DNA of 61,563 nucleotides, counting the filler, from Platydemus manokwari (Eukaryota): assembly GCA_037951405.1 (NCBI GenBank). It is 6 parts of 6 records of this genome, joined end to end, with 100 filler letters (N's around TTAATTAATTAA, not from the genome) between each part and the next. Parts side by side here need not be neighbours in the genome. Positions count along the whole stretch, not along the records: positions 20,188 to 31,194 come from JBBMOY010889978.1; positions 31,295 to 40,595 come from JBBMOY011269540.1; 4 more parts are not named here. One strand, 5' to 3'. The notes below the pieces were generated by a model. The model saw only the letters and a list, made by a program, of their open reading frames with translations, was not told the origin of the DNA and did no database searches. The position numbers were made by a program, and so were the translations under genes. Of the stretch, positions 23,691 through 38,312 are shown one piece after another. Position 1 is the first letter of the stretch. Every line of letters starts with the position of its first letter.

Positions 23691-26600
23691 CTAATTTTTT
23701 AAGCAAGATAATTTTATAAATATCGATATGGTATATTTATTTTTAATATAATTTTTAAAAATATCTTTTAACCCAAATTTTTATAATTTTCATTTTTTGT
23801 AAATTTTAATTACTTATCGTATTTTAAAATAAACATCGCAATGTAAATTTGTATTTCTTTGTTGTCACTAATAATATGATTCCAGACTTATATATTTGTA
23901 ATGTGTTTATTAATAATTACATTAAAATCTGCTTACTTGCCACCGTGAGCGTAACCGCTCGTTGGGATCAGATCAGCCACTTTAAGTCTAATTACAGCTC
24001 CCAGTTAAATTCTAATAATATAATATAATTATTGAATTAATGATGTATCGTGTCGTCATATTTATCAATTAAACAACGATAGTTAATAATTATTGTGTTT
24101 GGCCTACAATTTAGGAAGGAAAGGTATTACCTGCAATATTCAATACAATGAAACCTTTAGACTAATAGTCTGCCAATTGCATTATCACAATACTTTCTAC
24201 TGAAGCCTCTTAACAAACCAAATAACAAATTAAATCCCATTCATTAATTTAATTGAACTGTGGATTATTGTAAAGAATTTCTCTTTGCAACTAGTGCTGT
24301 TGCTAAATTAATCTAGCTTTTTATCTAATGAATTGTTTCATATACGTTGAGTATATGTGAGGATAGTATCCGTATAGGTTACGATTAGTATTTAGGCAAT
24401 CAAAAGGGATTTCTAAGCTGGTAATGCAATAGAGGTGTCAGCTATAATATTATTTTTTGACGATTCTTCTTATTGGTCCATTGTTGATAACGGGTTGCCA
24501 AAACTGTGAACCAAGAGAAGAAAAGATGACACAGAGTTCGTTGGGTTTGAACAATATCAAACTTATCACTTTACTTATTGTTAGATCTATAATTAGAATA
24601 AAATTTAATAAAAGTAAAACATTATCATCTCTGTTCCAACTTATCTATTAAAAGTGCATCAGTCGTATATGTCTAGTAAAATAAATTCACCTCCAATCGT
24701 TCACTACTTCATTGGTATCAATGAAGAAGCCAACATATAATTTTCTGGTCAAATATTTGAAAGCAACTTATTAAATGAAGATTTTTTGTCAACATGTTAT
24801 CATTTAATCGACTTTGTCGATGGCAGGAGACAAATACTCTTTACATCACTTTATATGACATCTCGTGAGACTAATTAGAAATCTACTTTAATCTAGTAGA
24901 GGAATAAAATAGAATTGGAAAGATGAAATTAAATTGATGTCGTCACATACATGATCGGGTTGAGTGAAATAGAATTAAAATAAGATTTAACAACGAACTT
25001 CAAGTTAGAATATTATCCAGCGATTACTTTGAATTGTAATGTCATCTGAATTTATTAATAATTAATTTCATAGGTTTGTTTTCCACATCGTCTCTTCTTT
25101 ATTATTCACATCGATCTCTTTCATTTGACCACTTAATTGCTGTCATTTGTCAGAAAGCCATGAGTTTAGATATTAATTAAAAGAATGATCGTATATATCA
25201 ATATTCCAAAAATGAAAAATGGAAAATAGAGGAAGTCACAAACACACTCACAGAAACTCGAACACACTATCTACTAGTTTAGCTGTTGATCGACTAAAAA
25301 ATTTGCAATTTTAGAATCGATATAGACGTGGTCTACTTAATTAAATTTTAGTTTTGTTCAGGAGTGCAGTGACTCAATTCAATTATAAAGAAATAATTTA
25401 TTTACATCCATTCAAATCCAACTGAAACAATAATATCATTTTATATTGACCGATAGTAAAGTCCAAAATTGTACACATTAATACAGATCACCGGTATCAA
25501 TAATCCGTAATTTCTTTTGCAGTTAAACGGAGACATCACAACAAAAGTATCGATTTGTTTATGTTTATTGACCCCAATAATCAGAAATTGTTTACTACCC
25601 ACTTCATTTGAGTTAAGTCTGTGTTTAATTCATCCCTCATTTGAAATTAGGTATTTTTTAAATTGATAATGTACTGTTTATCGAAATCTCTATTGCATGC
25701 AGAATATATCCGGAGAAAATTTATGTTTTATATAATGCTATCTAATGTCATTCAATCGCATAGGAAAAAAGAATTCCAAAAGCTTTTACCATTTAATGAA
25801 GAAATAAAAGCAAATTAATAAATCCCTTATTGTTAATGCTTGTTGGTAAAATCATCGCTGTCTTAAATGTGTTTTAATTTATTACCAAAAAATGATCTCA
25901 AATATTTAGTTATAAATATTCCAATGATGAGCATTGAATCTAAAAATTTCAAATTAAATTTCTATACACGAGAAAGAATAAATGAAATGTTATTTCTAAA
26001 AATATTAATCGAAAATTTTATTTGTTTTTCTTTATATTTCAATGTGTTATAATAAATCTTTTTGTTTTTTTATTTAAAGCATTCCAAAATGAAGTATTGT
26101 ATTCATTAATAAGTAAATATGAATAGGTAAACAACGTGAGGGTTTCTCTACGGGTGAATTTGTGATAACATCGTGTTAATTATCTAATAACCAATGCATT
26201 ATCTGGTACAAAAATTCGTGAGATATCTGACAAACAAAATGATATTTTCTAAAAATTGTCTATGGGTTTTATGTGAACTAAAACAAGAAATTTTTACGGC
26301 AGTATAGTTTTATAAACACATGACTGAGAGTCATAGAAAAATTTTATGAGTCAACATGAATTTATTCAAAAATATTAATGAGTTATTCTGAACTTACTCA
26401 AAATAAATAGTTTCAACTCGACAAATCTATTGTTAGTGGTAACAACCTCGTTTAAATTTGGAGAACTTTTCATTTAGACGATTATCGTAATTTTTATTAT
26501 TCCAAACAAATTATTATCTTTTAAACAAACTAAAACCTTTTCCGGAGAGCTTATTTATTTGCCAATCATAATCAGCCATACGAATATTAATATATCTATA

Positions 26601-26868
26601 AATAAAAATATTGAAATAATTTAAAAGTCATTTCATTTTATATATTTTTAAAATAATTTACTTAAATTTAAAGTTATAAAATTTAATTAATTATTTTATA
26701 AATATTTAATTTCAATATTATTTTAAATAATTAAAATTATTGTTAAAAGTGTTTATAAATTATTATTAATTTTGCTCCTTTAAAATTCCCTCACATCTAT
26801 AATTTAAATAACTTTCGTTTTATTGAAATTTGATTAACTGACGAAGTGATGTAAATATAAAATCGATA

Positions 26869-27710
26869 CAGTATTACTCCTCCTATTCCCAGTCAATTTT
26901 GGGGAATTGGAAAATTGGGGCGTTTAAGAGGAGTTTCTTTATAAGAAAAATAATAAAGAACAATTAAATGAATTTTGAAACACCTAGGTTTAGAAAATTC
27001 ACATATAAGAACAGGTTTTAATCTATGACTCCCCTGCCATATTTCATAACCATTCCTGTCATATTTACATATTGATTTAGCCCGAACAAATTTGTAAAAG
27101 ATCCATATTCTTCAATTTTAGATTTAAGTTCATTTAAAAAATCTTCAGGCTGTATGGTTGACATGTCATGTGATTCACCTTGTATATTTCCTAACTTCAA
27201 TAATTTTTTCCCTTAAAACTTCTTAACCACCCGTTTGAAGATTTAAAATCTGGTATGCCATTTAAATCAGATATTTAAATTGTCTTTTCTTTTATTACAT
27301 TATCCGTAATGATAGCACCTCTTTCTTCAAGTCTATCAACCCACACGGACAAGTATTCGTCTAAAACATTAAACTTTAAAACGGGAATTCGCCAACCACT
27401 TTTCGAATCAAAAAATCCTTGTTTCTTCCGATATTATTGATAGTTCTTCTTGAAAGTTTTTTTTAAAATTTAGCTGAAAAAACCTTTGCTACTCTGTTTT
27501 CTGAATATTCACAGTTTCAATTCTATTGAACAACAGCTAACTTTACACACTTTTGTTTTGCCATAAATAAGGTCAAATGAAAATTTTTTTCATAAAGAAT
27601 TAATATTAAAACAACGTTATCTTTTTCTATTATAATTTTCTATTATAATTTTTAAACTTCCAAAAAATTTTAGCTGTTAGAAGGAGTAGTGATTAGGAAG
27701 AGGGAGACTG
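26869..27710 (-). mobile_element. pogo/Tigger-like deletion derivative, about 842 bp
   Basis: TA-flanked CAGT...ACTG termini with imperfect TIRs (CAGTATTACTCCTCCTATTC / GATTAGGAAGAGGGAGACTG). Minus strand encodes a CENP-B-type HTH remnant LDEYLSVWV...GAIITDNVIKEK...FKSSNGWL...IQGES. No DDE domain. Confidence 0.8.
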
Positions 27711-28556
27711 TACTATTAAATAAACTTATAAATTAACAGAAATTTTAAATTGAATTCAATTTTGAAGGTTATATTTATCTTTATGAAACAAGTTTTACAG
27801 AAAAGAGCACTGATTCTAAAATTTAAAAACCCAATGCGTGTATAATTCTAGCATGTTTTTAAAAACATATTTAGAAATCTAGTGTTATTATTTTTAATCA
27901 AAATAAAATTGAGTTTGTATGAGTCTGAAATATTTTGGTTTACTTAAAGAGTTTAAACAATACATAACTCACTATATATAATTTTATTGGTTCATTGATT
28001 TTACTGGCTCTAGAAGAGCTTCGATAGCAAGAATTGGAATTTATACTATCGGAAAATATTATCTAAAGGATTTTACTTTAATTTAATAATCGAGCATTGA
28101 GTGCAAACTAGACCAAATATAACATTGTCGAATTGGCTAAACAAAATCATAGTAATTAATCTTTATCTATTATAGCTCTATTATTGTCTCCAATAAAATT
28201 TAACTCAAGACGATCATGGCTTATAAATTTTTTTTGAAGTATGAAATAATGTATAATACGTGTTTGTAAATGAAAACAATTAATATAATATGATGTGTCA
28301 GAAAAGCGAGTTCTCATCAGTTGTCGGCGAAGATGGGAAATTCAGTAATAAATAATGGTTTCGACAATAATTTGATGATTATCCTTAAGATGGTTTCGAC
28401 AGTATTTGATTTAATTATGATTTCAGTTAAATGGGATAAATGCTAACTAAATAAACAATAATTGCTAACAATTCTTAAGATTCTCTGACCAAATTGTGTC
28501 TTAGAACTTTAGAAAAAATTAATCCAACAATACACTTTAGAATGCAATACATTTAT

Positions 28557-28709
28557 NNNNNNNNNNNNNNNNNNNNNNNNNNNNNNNNNNNNNNNNNNNN
28601 NNNNNNNNNNNNNNNNNNNNNNNNNNNNNNNNNNNNNNNNNNNNNNNNNNNNNNNNNNNNNNNNNNNNNNNNNNNNNNNNNNNNNNNNNNNNNNNNNNNN
28701 NNNNNNNNN
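28557..28709. other. Assembly gap (153 N, no linker)
   Basis: Uninterrupted N-run. Confidence 0.98.
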
Positions 28710-31194
28710 ACCATTTAAAGCCTGTTTTATTTTATTTTAATTTTAATATCATCTTTCAACCGAATTCCATCTTCTCTTTACATACGATATTCATTTGATA
28801 AAATATTTAACAAAAGAATCTCAGACAATCAAATAACATTGAGTCAAACTTAAAGTTGAATTAAATATAAAACAAAGTGCTAAATCAATATATCATTCTC
28901 TGGTATTGGCACAGTACGATTCATAATGGATTTGAGGATATGCTACTGAGGAACAAATTGATAAATTCGCAGCTTCAGGTTTATCGATTGATACCTGATT
29001 TATAATAATTATATATATCTTTTAAAAATCCACTATATCGATATTCCTATTGTTCAAAAATTATTATATTCGCCTATAATACAATGCTTAAGATTTTAGA
29101 AAAGCACACTATGATGCACTTAAGTTATTCAATAACAATTATGGCCACCAAGCAACATCTGGTATAAGTTATTGAATATCCAATGATAGCATTCGCTCTA
29201 TCACTATAAATTCTACTAATTTTAAAAATGCAAATTCTTTTGAATATTGGTTGTCTGGTTAGTATGAATTCATTCAATTTCAACCCTGTCACAAAGTCAA
29301 ACGATTAAGCTTTTTAACTTTAGTCTGTGAAGAATTTTCATAAAACAAGAAACTGTCTCGAAGTGGCCCTACATTTTGAGTATTTTCAACTCATAAATCG
29401 ATTGCAAGTCTGTTTCCTTCTTTAACTGAGAGGTTTGAATCAACTTATAGTGCTGACGAAAAAGTAATTGAAACAACAAAGTATCGTAGTTGCTATCGCT
29501 GAAAATTAAATGGGTCATGGTTTCTAGGTATGAAAGGCACCTTAGCATTTAAATATCCCCGTTTCATCGCATTATTCAAATGAAGTTGAGTCTCAAAGAT
29601 ATTAATACGTTTAACTAATATCGAAACCGAATATTCTGTGAAGATTTTATCATTTTATTACAACAAGATTCTCAACTCAATAAGAACATTATTTGAACAG
29701 ACGAAACTAAATTCTATATCTGTGGATCAATTAACCATCTTTATTGGTCTGTTACAAACCAAAATACTGTTTATAAAATAGTGTGCAGAGAAGTTTGATC
29801 TTAAGTGGTTGAGAAGCGAATTCGGCTTTGCCTTAACAATAATAAAATAAGTATTGCAAATGTACGATGTGGAACACATCGTATAATAGGCAATGAGCTA
29901 TAGACGACTTAAATAATCCCACCACAAACATAATCCAAACAATTTAATAATATTTTATTCTGGTTACAAAAATAGTTTACTTTTAAACTGTGACGGGTAA
30001 TTTTGCTAGTCATTCAACCATAGTTAATTATTCGACATTTCAACTTAATTCAAGTAAATCTCCGACAAATACTCTCTATAAATGCTGGATTTTAATTCTA
30101 AAAAATGATTGATGAACTGTAAAAATTCCATTGGTTATAGAAATGTGATTTCATAATTAATCTTTGATTTGAATCTTCTCGTTTTGTGATTGCATATCTT
30201 TTAGAATTGGACTTCAATCAAATTATAAAGAAAAGAAACTATTATTATTAGAAATGTAATCATCAATTTTACTCTGTCTTTCTTTAAGGAAAATGAAATT
30301 TATTTGCTTTAAGACAATTATTTTTTACTTTATTTCTCTTATTAAGCCGAATTCTACACAGTAAAATACTCTATTAATAATTACGATAGTTATGATTTCA
30401 CGAACAATTTATGTTACAAGATTAAAATATTCTGAAAAAATAATCATTTCCATGGGACAATAGTCAATATGAATAGAATTTTTTTTATCCTGGAGTGTAC
30501 CAGTTTCTCAAGGGACATTTCTGTTTAAATTTCTAATAACCCAGTTTAAATTTGATCCTAGTTTAATTTACTAGAATATGTATAAGTACTTTTGACCATG
30601 TATTCTTTATCAATAATAATGCGTTTGCATAATTCTAGTGTTATATCTAAAGCACCATGTGTTGAGGCGAAAACTCTAAAGCATAGTTTCCAAGTACCTG
30701 TACCTTGCCTCTCATTTATAAACCATTGTCTCGATGGGAGTTTAGAAATCCTTTATTGATGACTCAAAAATTTCAATAATTTCAAAGTTGGCCTTTATAT
30801 TGAAGACCACTTTTGCAAAAAGATAATCCTTGCTAGTATAAAATGCTCTATAGACAAAGATGCGATGTTTGGTGATATAACAACAGCAACATTTAAAAAT
30901 ATGCTCCACTTCTTGAACGAATGACTGGTATTATTGTCCAAAATATTTATTTCATCGAATGGAATTTCATAATACAATCAGCACAATAACGTAATAAATA
31001 TTTTTGAGTGTAATAATTAAATAGCTATCAAAATAACTATGTTTTGATGTTATTTCTGACAAAATATTTCTGAGTGAATGTTAATAATGGTTTGAATGAA
31101 GTTAAATGAAAATGGATAAAAGAGCTTGGAGTATTTCAAAAAGAGGGATAAATTTATTATTAACCAAATCTTTATAATATTAAATCACACTAGT

Positions 31195-31294
31195 NNNNNN
31201 NNNNNNNNNNNNNNNNNNNNNNNNNNNNNNNNNNNNNNTTAATTAATTAANNNNNNNNNNNNNNNNNNNNNNNNNNNNNNNNNNNNNNNNNNNN
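31195..31294. other. Assembly gap with linker
   Basis: N-run with TTAATTAATTAA. Confidence 0.98.
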
Positions 31295-32749
31295 TAAAAT
31301 CAATACTTTTAAATAATAAGGAACGTAGTGGTTCTCACGATCTCGGTGAGATTACCATAGTTAATTTGTTTATAAAAATCTCGTTTGAGTTAATCTGAGT
31401 GTTAATTTGTTTCTGTATATTGTATTCTAAATAAAACTTGATATAACATTTTTGTTTGTTGATAATAACTTCTTGATATAAACCGATAAATAATATAAAG
31501 GAACTCACGCTGTTGAGTTGTAATATAACAAACAACGAAAAATAACATCCCACTACAACCCAACACTTTAAAGCATAAATAAACTGGACATACAATAAAA
31601 TTATCACTGAGGCATTAACCGTATAAATCCCAGTAAAGTAAATAAAATGAAAGTGAATCAATGAAGAATAAGCAAGAATCAGACAGAAGGCAATATAAAA
31701 ATAAAACTCAAACATATTACTCTCAAATAGATAATCAATAAAAATCAATGATATCAAAAATCAAGAAAAATTGACAATTGAGAAAATCGTTAAAGTTAAA
31801 ATGTTATTTTGTAAAGAGTTTAATAATTTATAAAAAAAAAGATTGAAGAAATTATTCTATAAATATTATAATTGTCGGGTTGAGGTCTGTACTCAATAAA
31901 ATTAATATGTAAACAAACCACTTAAGATGAAAACAAGACACGAAATATTTAGTGCTTAATTTTGTTAATCGAAAATTTATTTATTCATCATCCCCTTATC
32001 ATAATTTGATTATTTAACTATTATCTCAATTATACAAAGAGGTCGTTAATATTGTATTCTGAAACCAGGTGAACTAGTTCATTGAAAATTCCAAATTAGT
32101 GTAGTGCACACAGAGCAAACTAAAACTTTAAAAATTCAACTCAGATCTCCAACTTAACCAATCTAAACAAATGAATTAAAAATATTAATTAATCGAATTA
32201 AAATAATATTTAGAATATGTTAGATGTTTTTGCAATAAACTCCAATTAGACACTCAGTTGTTTACGAACATTGTTCTTTTTTAATAACATTTTTTAATTT
32301 TGTTTAAATTCTTAAATGTAATAATATTCTTTGTTACTATTTTTAGAAACTTTATTTCTATTTTGTCAAAAACTAAGGTTATTTTATAAAGTTAGTACTC
32401 AATGTTACTGAAGTTTGTTGTGTTTTTATTTATATAATTGCTTATTATTTAATTCATAATTTGTACTTTCAATCGTTTCAATTTGATAATAAAAATTAGA
32501 ATCAGTGAATTCAATTCATATCGTTTAAAAGTTATTAAATAAAAATCTAAAAAATAAATCCTAGAACATGAAAAGTAAAAAAAATTCCAAAAAAAATTAA
32601 CATATTACCAAATATCTTAAATCTGAACAATATTGATTCATTTGAAATGAACATAACAATCTTTATTAAATAAATCATTTTTTAAAAAAATGATGCAATA
32701 AATACAATTTTTACATCAAAAATTTCCAATTATCACTAATTTTACCATA

Positions 32750-33335
32750 AGTTAAGAAAATGAGTCCATTGACCTACTTTCGTTATAATGAATTTTCGCG
32801 AATGAGATAATTTTATAACTTAATTTTATATATCATTGCGGTGTTTGATGTATTCGTATAATTCAGTTAATATCTCTTTTATTAGGATATTTAATGGTGA
32901 CAAAACATACTTTTAAAACCAAGTTTCCATTCCAATATGATTATTTGAGTTTTTAAATTTATATTTTATTAATTATAAATCGAGTTAGTTAAGTACAGAT
33001 ATGTTTAATAATACCATTGCTTATTTTATAAAATAATTGTAAAAATTGAGAATATCTCTTAATTAGCTTCTAATGTTAAAAAAAGAGGTCCTCGTTAATT
33101 TTCAATAAATTGCAATTCGACCTACTTTTTTCATTTTATCAAATAAACAAATTTTAAGAATTTTCAAGCTCGAGTGTATTTAATATTCGATTTCAAACAA
33201 CTAAAATTCTTCTTAAGCACTTCAATAAAAAATTCAAAATGCTTTTAAAGAATATAATTAAATAAACTATATAGAATTTTGCAATACACTCAACAAATTT
33301 AAAATCTCATTTTAGGACCTATTTTTTTAACTTTA
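32750..33335. repeat. MITE-like dispersed repeat
   Basis: 32750-32905 is homologous to 45678-45830 (shared AGATAATTTTATAACTTAATTTTATATAT...TATTCGTATAATTCAGTTAATAT). An 18-bp inverted repeat (17/18) lies at 33075-33092 and 33314-33331. Confidence 0.6.
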
Positions 33336-33642
33336 GACAAAATTTCAAATATTTAACACAATTTCTATAAAAATTTGAAATTTCATTTTTAAAATCAATA
33401 TTTATGTAAATGAGTCACTGTGATGAACCATATCCCTATGACAACTTCCACAAATACGCCAATCCCTTGGAGTTTTCATGTTAATATTCTCCACGAAATA
33501 GGTAAACTCAGCTTCCAATGATTTTATTCAAAAAAGGACACAAAAAGCAAAAGTTGGTTAGCCAAAAAAAACACGTTGAGGGCGTCCAATCAAATAAATA
33601 AGAAAATAATCTCCTATTAAATAAAATAACATGCACAAAATT

Positions 33643-36600
33643 TCAAATTGTAAAGTCGCCTTCGATTTTCGAACCGTTTTTCTTACTCCACACGATCTCA
33701 TAGTCAAATCTCGGAGAATTAGATTTACTGCTGAAAATCGATGGAAAATACAATCGATAACAAATCAGAGCAAGTAAAATGCCAATCGTCGCACCGACTC
33801 CAATATCTAAATTTTAAAATATCTTCAAACTAATATTTATAAATCAAATAATTTCTCCTAAAACACTGAAAACAATACCCCACGGTTCGACTTCTCCCGA
33901 ATTCGTTTATACCCAATAATATTTAACAAAATAATTCTGATTCGAAAAATTGATCCAAAATTATATCATGGCCTGCATTAAAAAATTAAAAAGTCGAAAT
34001 TTGACTCGTGTCGTTATTTTATGTTAATTTCGAAAACCATTATTGATTTACATATTCTGCATAATTACGAAAATATCCCGCTAATTTATGCTTCGATAAA
34101 GCCGAATTTATTTCGAATGTTCGCATGGAAATACTTTTGATAAGAGAAAATGTTTCTATGTTTGCACGTGAAGAGAAAAATTGCACACCAGCGAAAAAAA
34201 CACCAATTGATTCTGTTTGGAAAGAAGACCTATTTTTTAAGCGTCTCGTAATTTGTGAACAGCTGCTACTGATTGCAACTGACATTTATTTACATTGATG
34301 AACCCATTTAATCCCACATCATCGCAATGAATCATGTTTACCTCGCAATGGTGACGAATAGATGATATTCTGTCTGATTTCAGAAGTGGTTTTTCAGATT
34401 AGAATTCTAAACAACATATGTCGAAATGTTTATTTATTCTGATTTTATTTAATCACGATTCATTATTTTTTTGAGGTTTTAATCGATAATTACCGAATGA
34501 TAGTCATTCTATTGGATCAATCTAGATGACCTCATAAATGGAACACTTTGATTAATAGTTCGATTATATCTGGTGGTTCATAATAGGGATTAATAACCTA
34601 ATTAATTGTAACTACCAAAATTTAGATGGGTTGCTGTCAGACGGTCTACACAATTAATAAAATTTATTCTCATCGTGTGCATATGAGGTAAAGCTTTATG
34701 GAAGGATCTTTAATAATTGAATCCCAACTTTATAATGATGAGGGTTGTCAATGTCGACAAGTTGACCACTAAGGTTTACTGATAATCATTATGTTCAATG
34801 TTTGTTCTCAATTACAGCACGCTTATGTACACTGTTCGAGTTACTAAAATATATTGATTGAAGCAGTACACACACAGACAAATGTTGTATTGATTTCTAT
34901 TCGTCAGTATTGAAATTAATTTCAAATCCGCAATTCCATAATCCATTTATTGATGGATTCGAATCCACGGTAAAGTTACACAACTCTACCTGCTTATAGG
35001 CATGTACTGCAATCATACTGCAATCATAAGCGTTTCCATAGGAACCTCAGTTCCATGTCATCATATTTCTCAACTTTAAGGATACCCGAAAATATCATCT
35101 TTCAAACATTAAAATAAAATAGAACTCGGAAAGAGTTCTGTCTGTCAAATTTGTTTCACGTCAGAGAGTCATAAAAACATCTCAAATATCGACAGATATT
35201 AATGAAATTTAAAGAAACTCACCATCGAAATGATGATGAAAATCGATGAGCCGAGAAATGCACACCACAACAGCTATCATTACTGGTAAGAGACAAATAG
35301 CTAATTTACAACCAACAAAGCGGCCGTTTTCGAGGGGCCACCACTTCGTGGAGTCATTTTTATTTATATCTGCAAAAGTTTTCTGTTTGGCAAACAATCT
35401 CAACTGACCAATGAGAAAGAGCGTGGTGAATCCAAAGGCCGCCATCGACATACTAGAATGACCACTGGGAAAACTTTTCAATCCTTCATTAATTTCGTCT
35501 TCGGCGCCATTGCATATTGAAAACTTTTTCCCGTCGATAAAACACCGGAAATAGAAATCCGGTCGTGGTCTGAACATTGATATAAATAAATCAATAATAA
35601 TTAACAGATCATTGATCGAAAATCAAATTGAAAACAATTCACAGCGAAGAACATATTTTGTCAATTAGATATTACTTGAGCGACAAGCACTTATTCCTTA
35701 TGCGCTTTACAAATTGATTGACAAACAATTCAAAAATATTGACCCAATATTACTCCACAAAAGTAGTCAAAACCTATTTTTATTGTTGATAGATAATGTA
35801 TAAATATTAATTAATAAATGTATAGTAACTACTCATTCAAACAAAATAATATATCGATTGAATATTGGTGAATAACTATTAAATACCGATGAGTTACTGA
35901 TAAATATTGTTTATGAATTATTGATTATTAGCAAGTAATTGATAAATATGGATTGAACATTAAAGAATAAATATTATAAATCAGCGAGTTATTGATAAAT
36001 ATTAACGAATTATTGATTATTAGCAAGTAATTGATAAATATCGATTGAATACTGGAGAATAACTATTAGACATTAGTGAGTTATTGATAAATATTGATGA
36101 TGAATTATTGATAAATTGCAAATAATTGGTGAATATCGATTAAATATTGGAGAATTATTGGACATTAGTGAATTATTGATAAACATTGATGGTGAATTAT
36201 TGATAAATTTCAAATAATTGATAAATATCGATTGAATATTAAATAATCATTTGATAATCAATAAAATAATGAAACAAGAAACAAAATGCAAATGCTCAAT
36301 TGACAATAAATGAATCCAGCTGTCCTACACAAATTATTTATATTCATGCTGTGTCAATAAATATTTATTACTAATTATATATTATTTTTTAAAAAAACTG
36401 GTCACAAATGAAGCCGCCGCATTTGCTGGTAGCGAAAGTCCAACTTTAAAACTCAAGAATGCTCATATTGTGTCTTTTATAAAATCAAACCAATGGCTGA
36501 TGACATCACAATCAATTGGACACAAAAAACATTATTTATGAAATCATTTCAGATCTGCTAATGTAAAACACCTGAAATCATTGGAAATCAATAAAAAATC

Positions 36601-37302
36601 AATTTGATTCACCGCTAAATATTATGATTTAATAACTGGAACTGAGAATTCAAATCAATGGCATTAGTGGGATATCATTTAGCATTGATAAATAATTAGT
36701 AAATATTATTATATAAAACAGATATAATGATAAATATAATCATCTAATAATAATAGCCAAATATTATCGAGAGATCAATATTTATCAATAATAAAATCAA
36801 TCACCTGCCAACAAGCAATTTCAAAGTATTTGTGATTGAAAGATTCAATAATATTGCCAAAGAATAACCTGAATGGCAAATATCGATTAATAAATTCATT
36901 CTCATCAGCAAATCGAGAAATAAAATCCCACAACTCACCGAGTAGAGCACTGATTGTGATTGAATTTTTCTTTTTATTCGTTATTAAAATAGTGGATGGA
37001 AACGTGATAATATTTATTATAACCAAAATCTATTACAAATCAATAACAATCAATATTCCATTCAAAGCCTTCTTACTATGAGACTACGAAATGGAATATA
37101 ATTCGTTCCAGTCGGATTCATATAAAGCCACCATTCTTCGTCGTGGATTTCTCTTACTCGAGGTTTCATAGTTGAAGTTATACTATATAATATTCAGTTG
37201 ATGTCAACATGGTACAAGAATAATAAGTAAATACAAGTAATAAACTAATAAAATGATTCGAACTGATAATTCTGATATGCATTCAATTTTTTCGATGTGC
37301 AT
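33643..37302 (-). CDS. Phospholipid phosphatase (PAP2 family, PLPP4/PLPP5 / DPP1-like), 6 exons
   Basis: Exons 37302-37235, 37182-37077, 37029-36939, 36868-36805, 35569-35223 and 33806-33643, GT-AG and phase-consistent. N-terminus ELSVRIILL...REIHDEEWWLYMNP; intact catalytic motifs C1 KLLVGRPRPDF, C2 SFPSGHSS and C3 SRLIDFHHHFDDIGVG. Confidence 0.94.
35850..36240. repeat. Degenerate minisatellite (about 92-95 nt unit, about 4 copies) in PLPP intron 4
   Basis: Unit start GAGTTA(C/T)TGATAAA-like at 35891, 35986, 36078 and 36170; units built from TTGATAAAT sub-repeats. Confidence 0.8.
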
Positions 37303-37926
37303 TGTTAATCAAGCAGATAGTTTTGGTTTGAAATTTATAACCGATTATGACTTTGGTAAAATTTTCAAATAATTTTGTAATACAATCTAATAAATGAATT
37401 AGTTTGAATTTGTGTGATTATTTTATTACTAGTTAAAACGCAAGAAGTTTAAAATTTTTGATAATTATTTTAAATAATTAAAATAAATGTATTTATTTCA
37501 ATGAAATTTATTAAATTATTTAACAACATTATTTTGATAGCAAATGATTGGAAATTATTTATCCTTAGTTATTTTTATATATAATTAGAATTTTAAAATA
37601 GCTGTAAATTTGAAATCATTAGTATGTCGATAAGCAATTTAGTTGTTTATTTTCTTTACAAATAAAGTTATTAACAAATGTATGAAAGTTAGTAGCAATG
37701 AAGTCTAAATAATATCATTTAAAATACAAGTTAGGTCGCAAAAAACTTTATTAAACAATGTTTACAACTAATCCAATTTAGTAAAAACTTTTCCAAATGA
37801 CTTTAATATTGATACATCTTAGTAGTATTGAAGCTAGATCATGGACAAGTGTTTGTGTAGTAAAAATAAGGTCGGGTTGCGGTTTTATTAATTTAATGTT
37901 GTATTTTAATTTTATTTCAATTGCTT

Positions 37927-38312
37927 ACTACTCAGTACGACTTAATAAATGAACACGTTCAACATACTTCTCAAAATTTAAACAAAACCTGGCTTACGAT
38001 TGGTATTTGGCCATCTTTAGATCGATATTTATATCCGAGATCTGTGTATAATATTTTGTGTCATGTTGTATCACATTTTTATTTGATCTTTGCTTTTCCA
38101 TGTTTCTATTGGGCTATTATGTTTATGCATAAATGGAATTGGTCAGTTTCTATGTGTGTGCTAATGTTTGGCTATATCCCTTTTTCCAATTGTCCTTTAC
38201 CATTTAACTCCACTGACATTGGCTGGTTGCTATGGCTATATAGCAATGCAGTTATACAAATGTTAAAAGTGCTTAAACAAAGGTTCCAAGGTTCAAATCC
38301 GTTTTTGTTTTT
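37927..38312. repeat. Dispersed repeat copy 1 (probably a retroelement 3' fragment on the minus strand)
   Basis: Collinear similarity to 40232-40595 (TCAGTACGACT...CCATCTTTA...TTGATCTTT.CTTTTCCATGTTTCT...GGTTCCAAGGT.CAA). Confidence 0.7.

Noticed and set aside
31335-31757. 140-aa Phe/Ile/Tyr-rich ORF (and similarly 1081-1425)
   Set aside because: Compositional artefact of strand-biased A/T-rich DNA with TTG starts; no motifs or splice support.
34633-34650. GCTGTCAGACGGTCT, reminiscent of the 5' end of a planarian spliced leader
   Set aside because: Similarity is too short; no ATG|GT leader end or Sm site follows.
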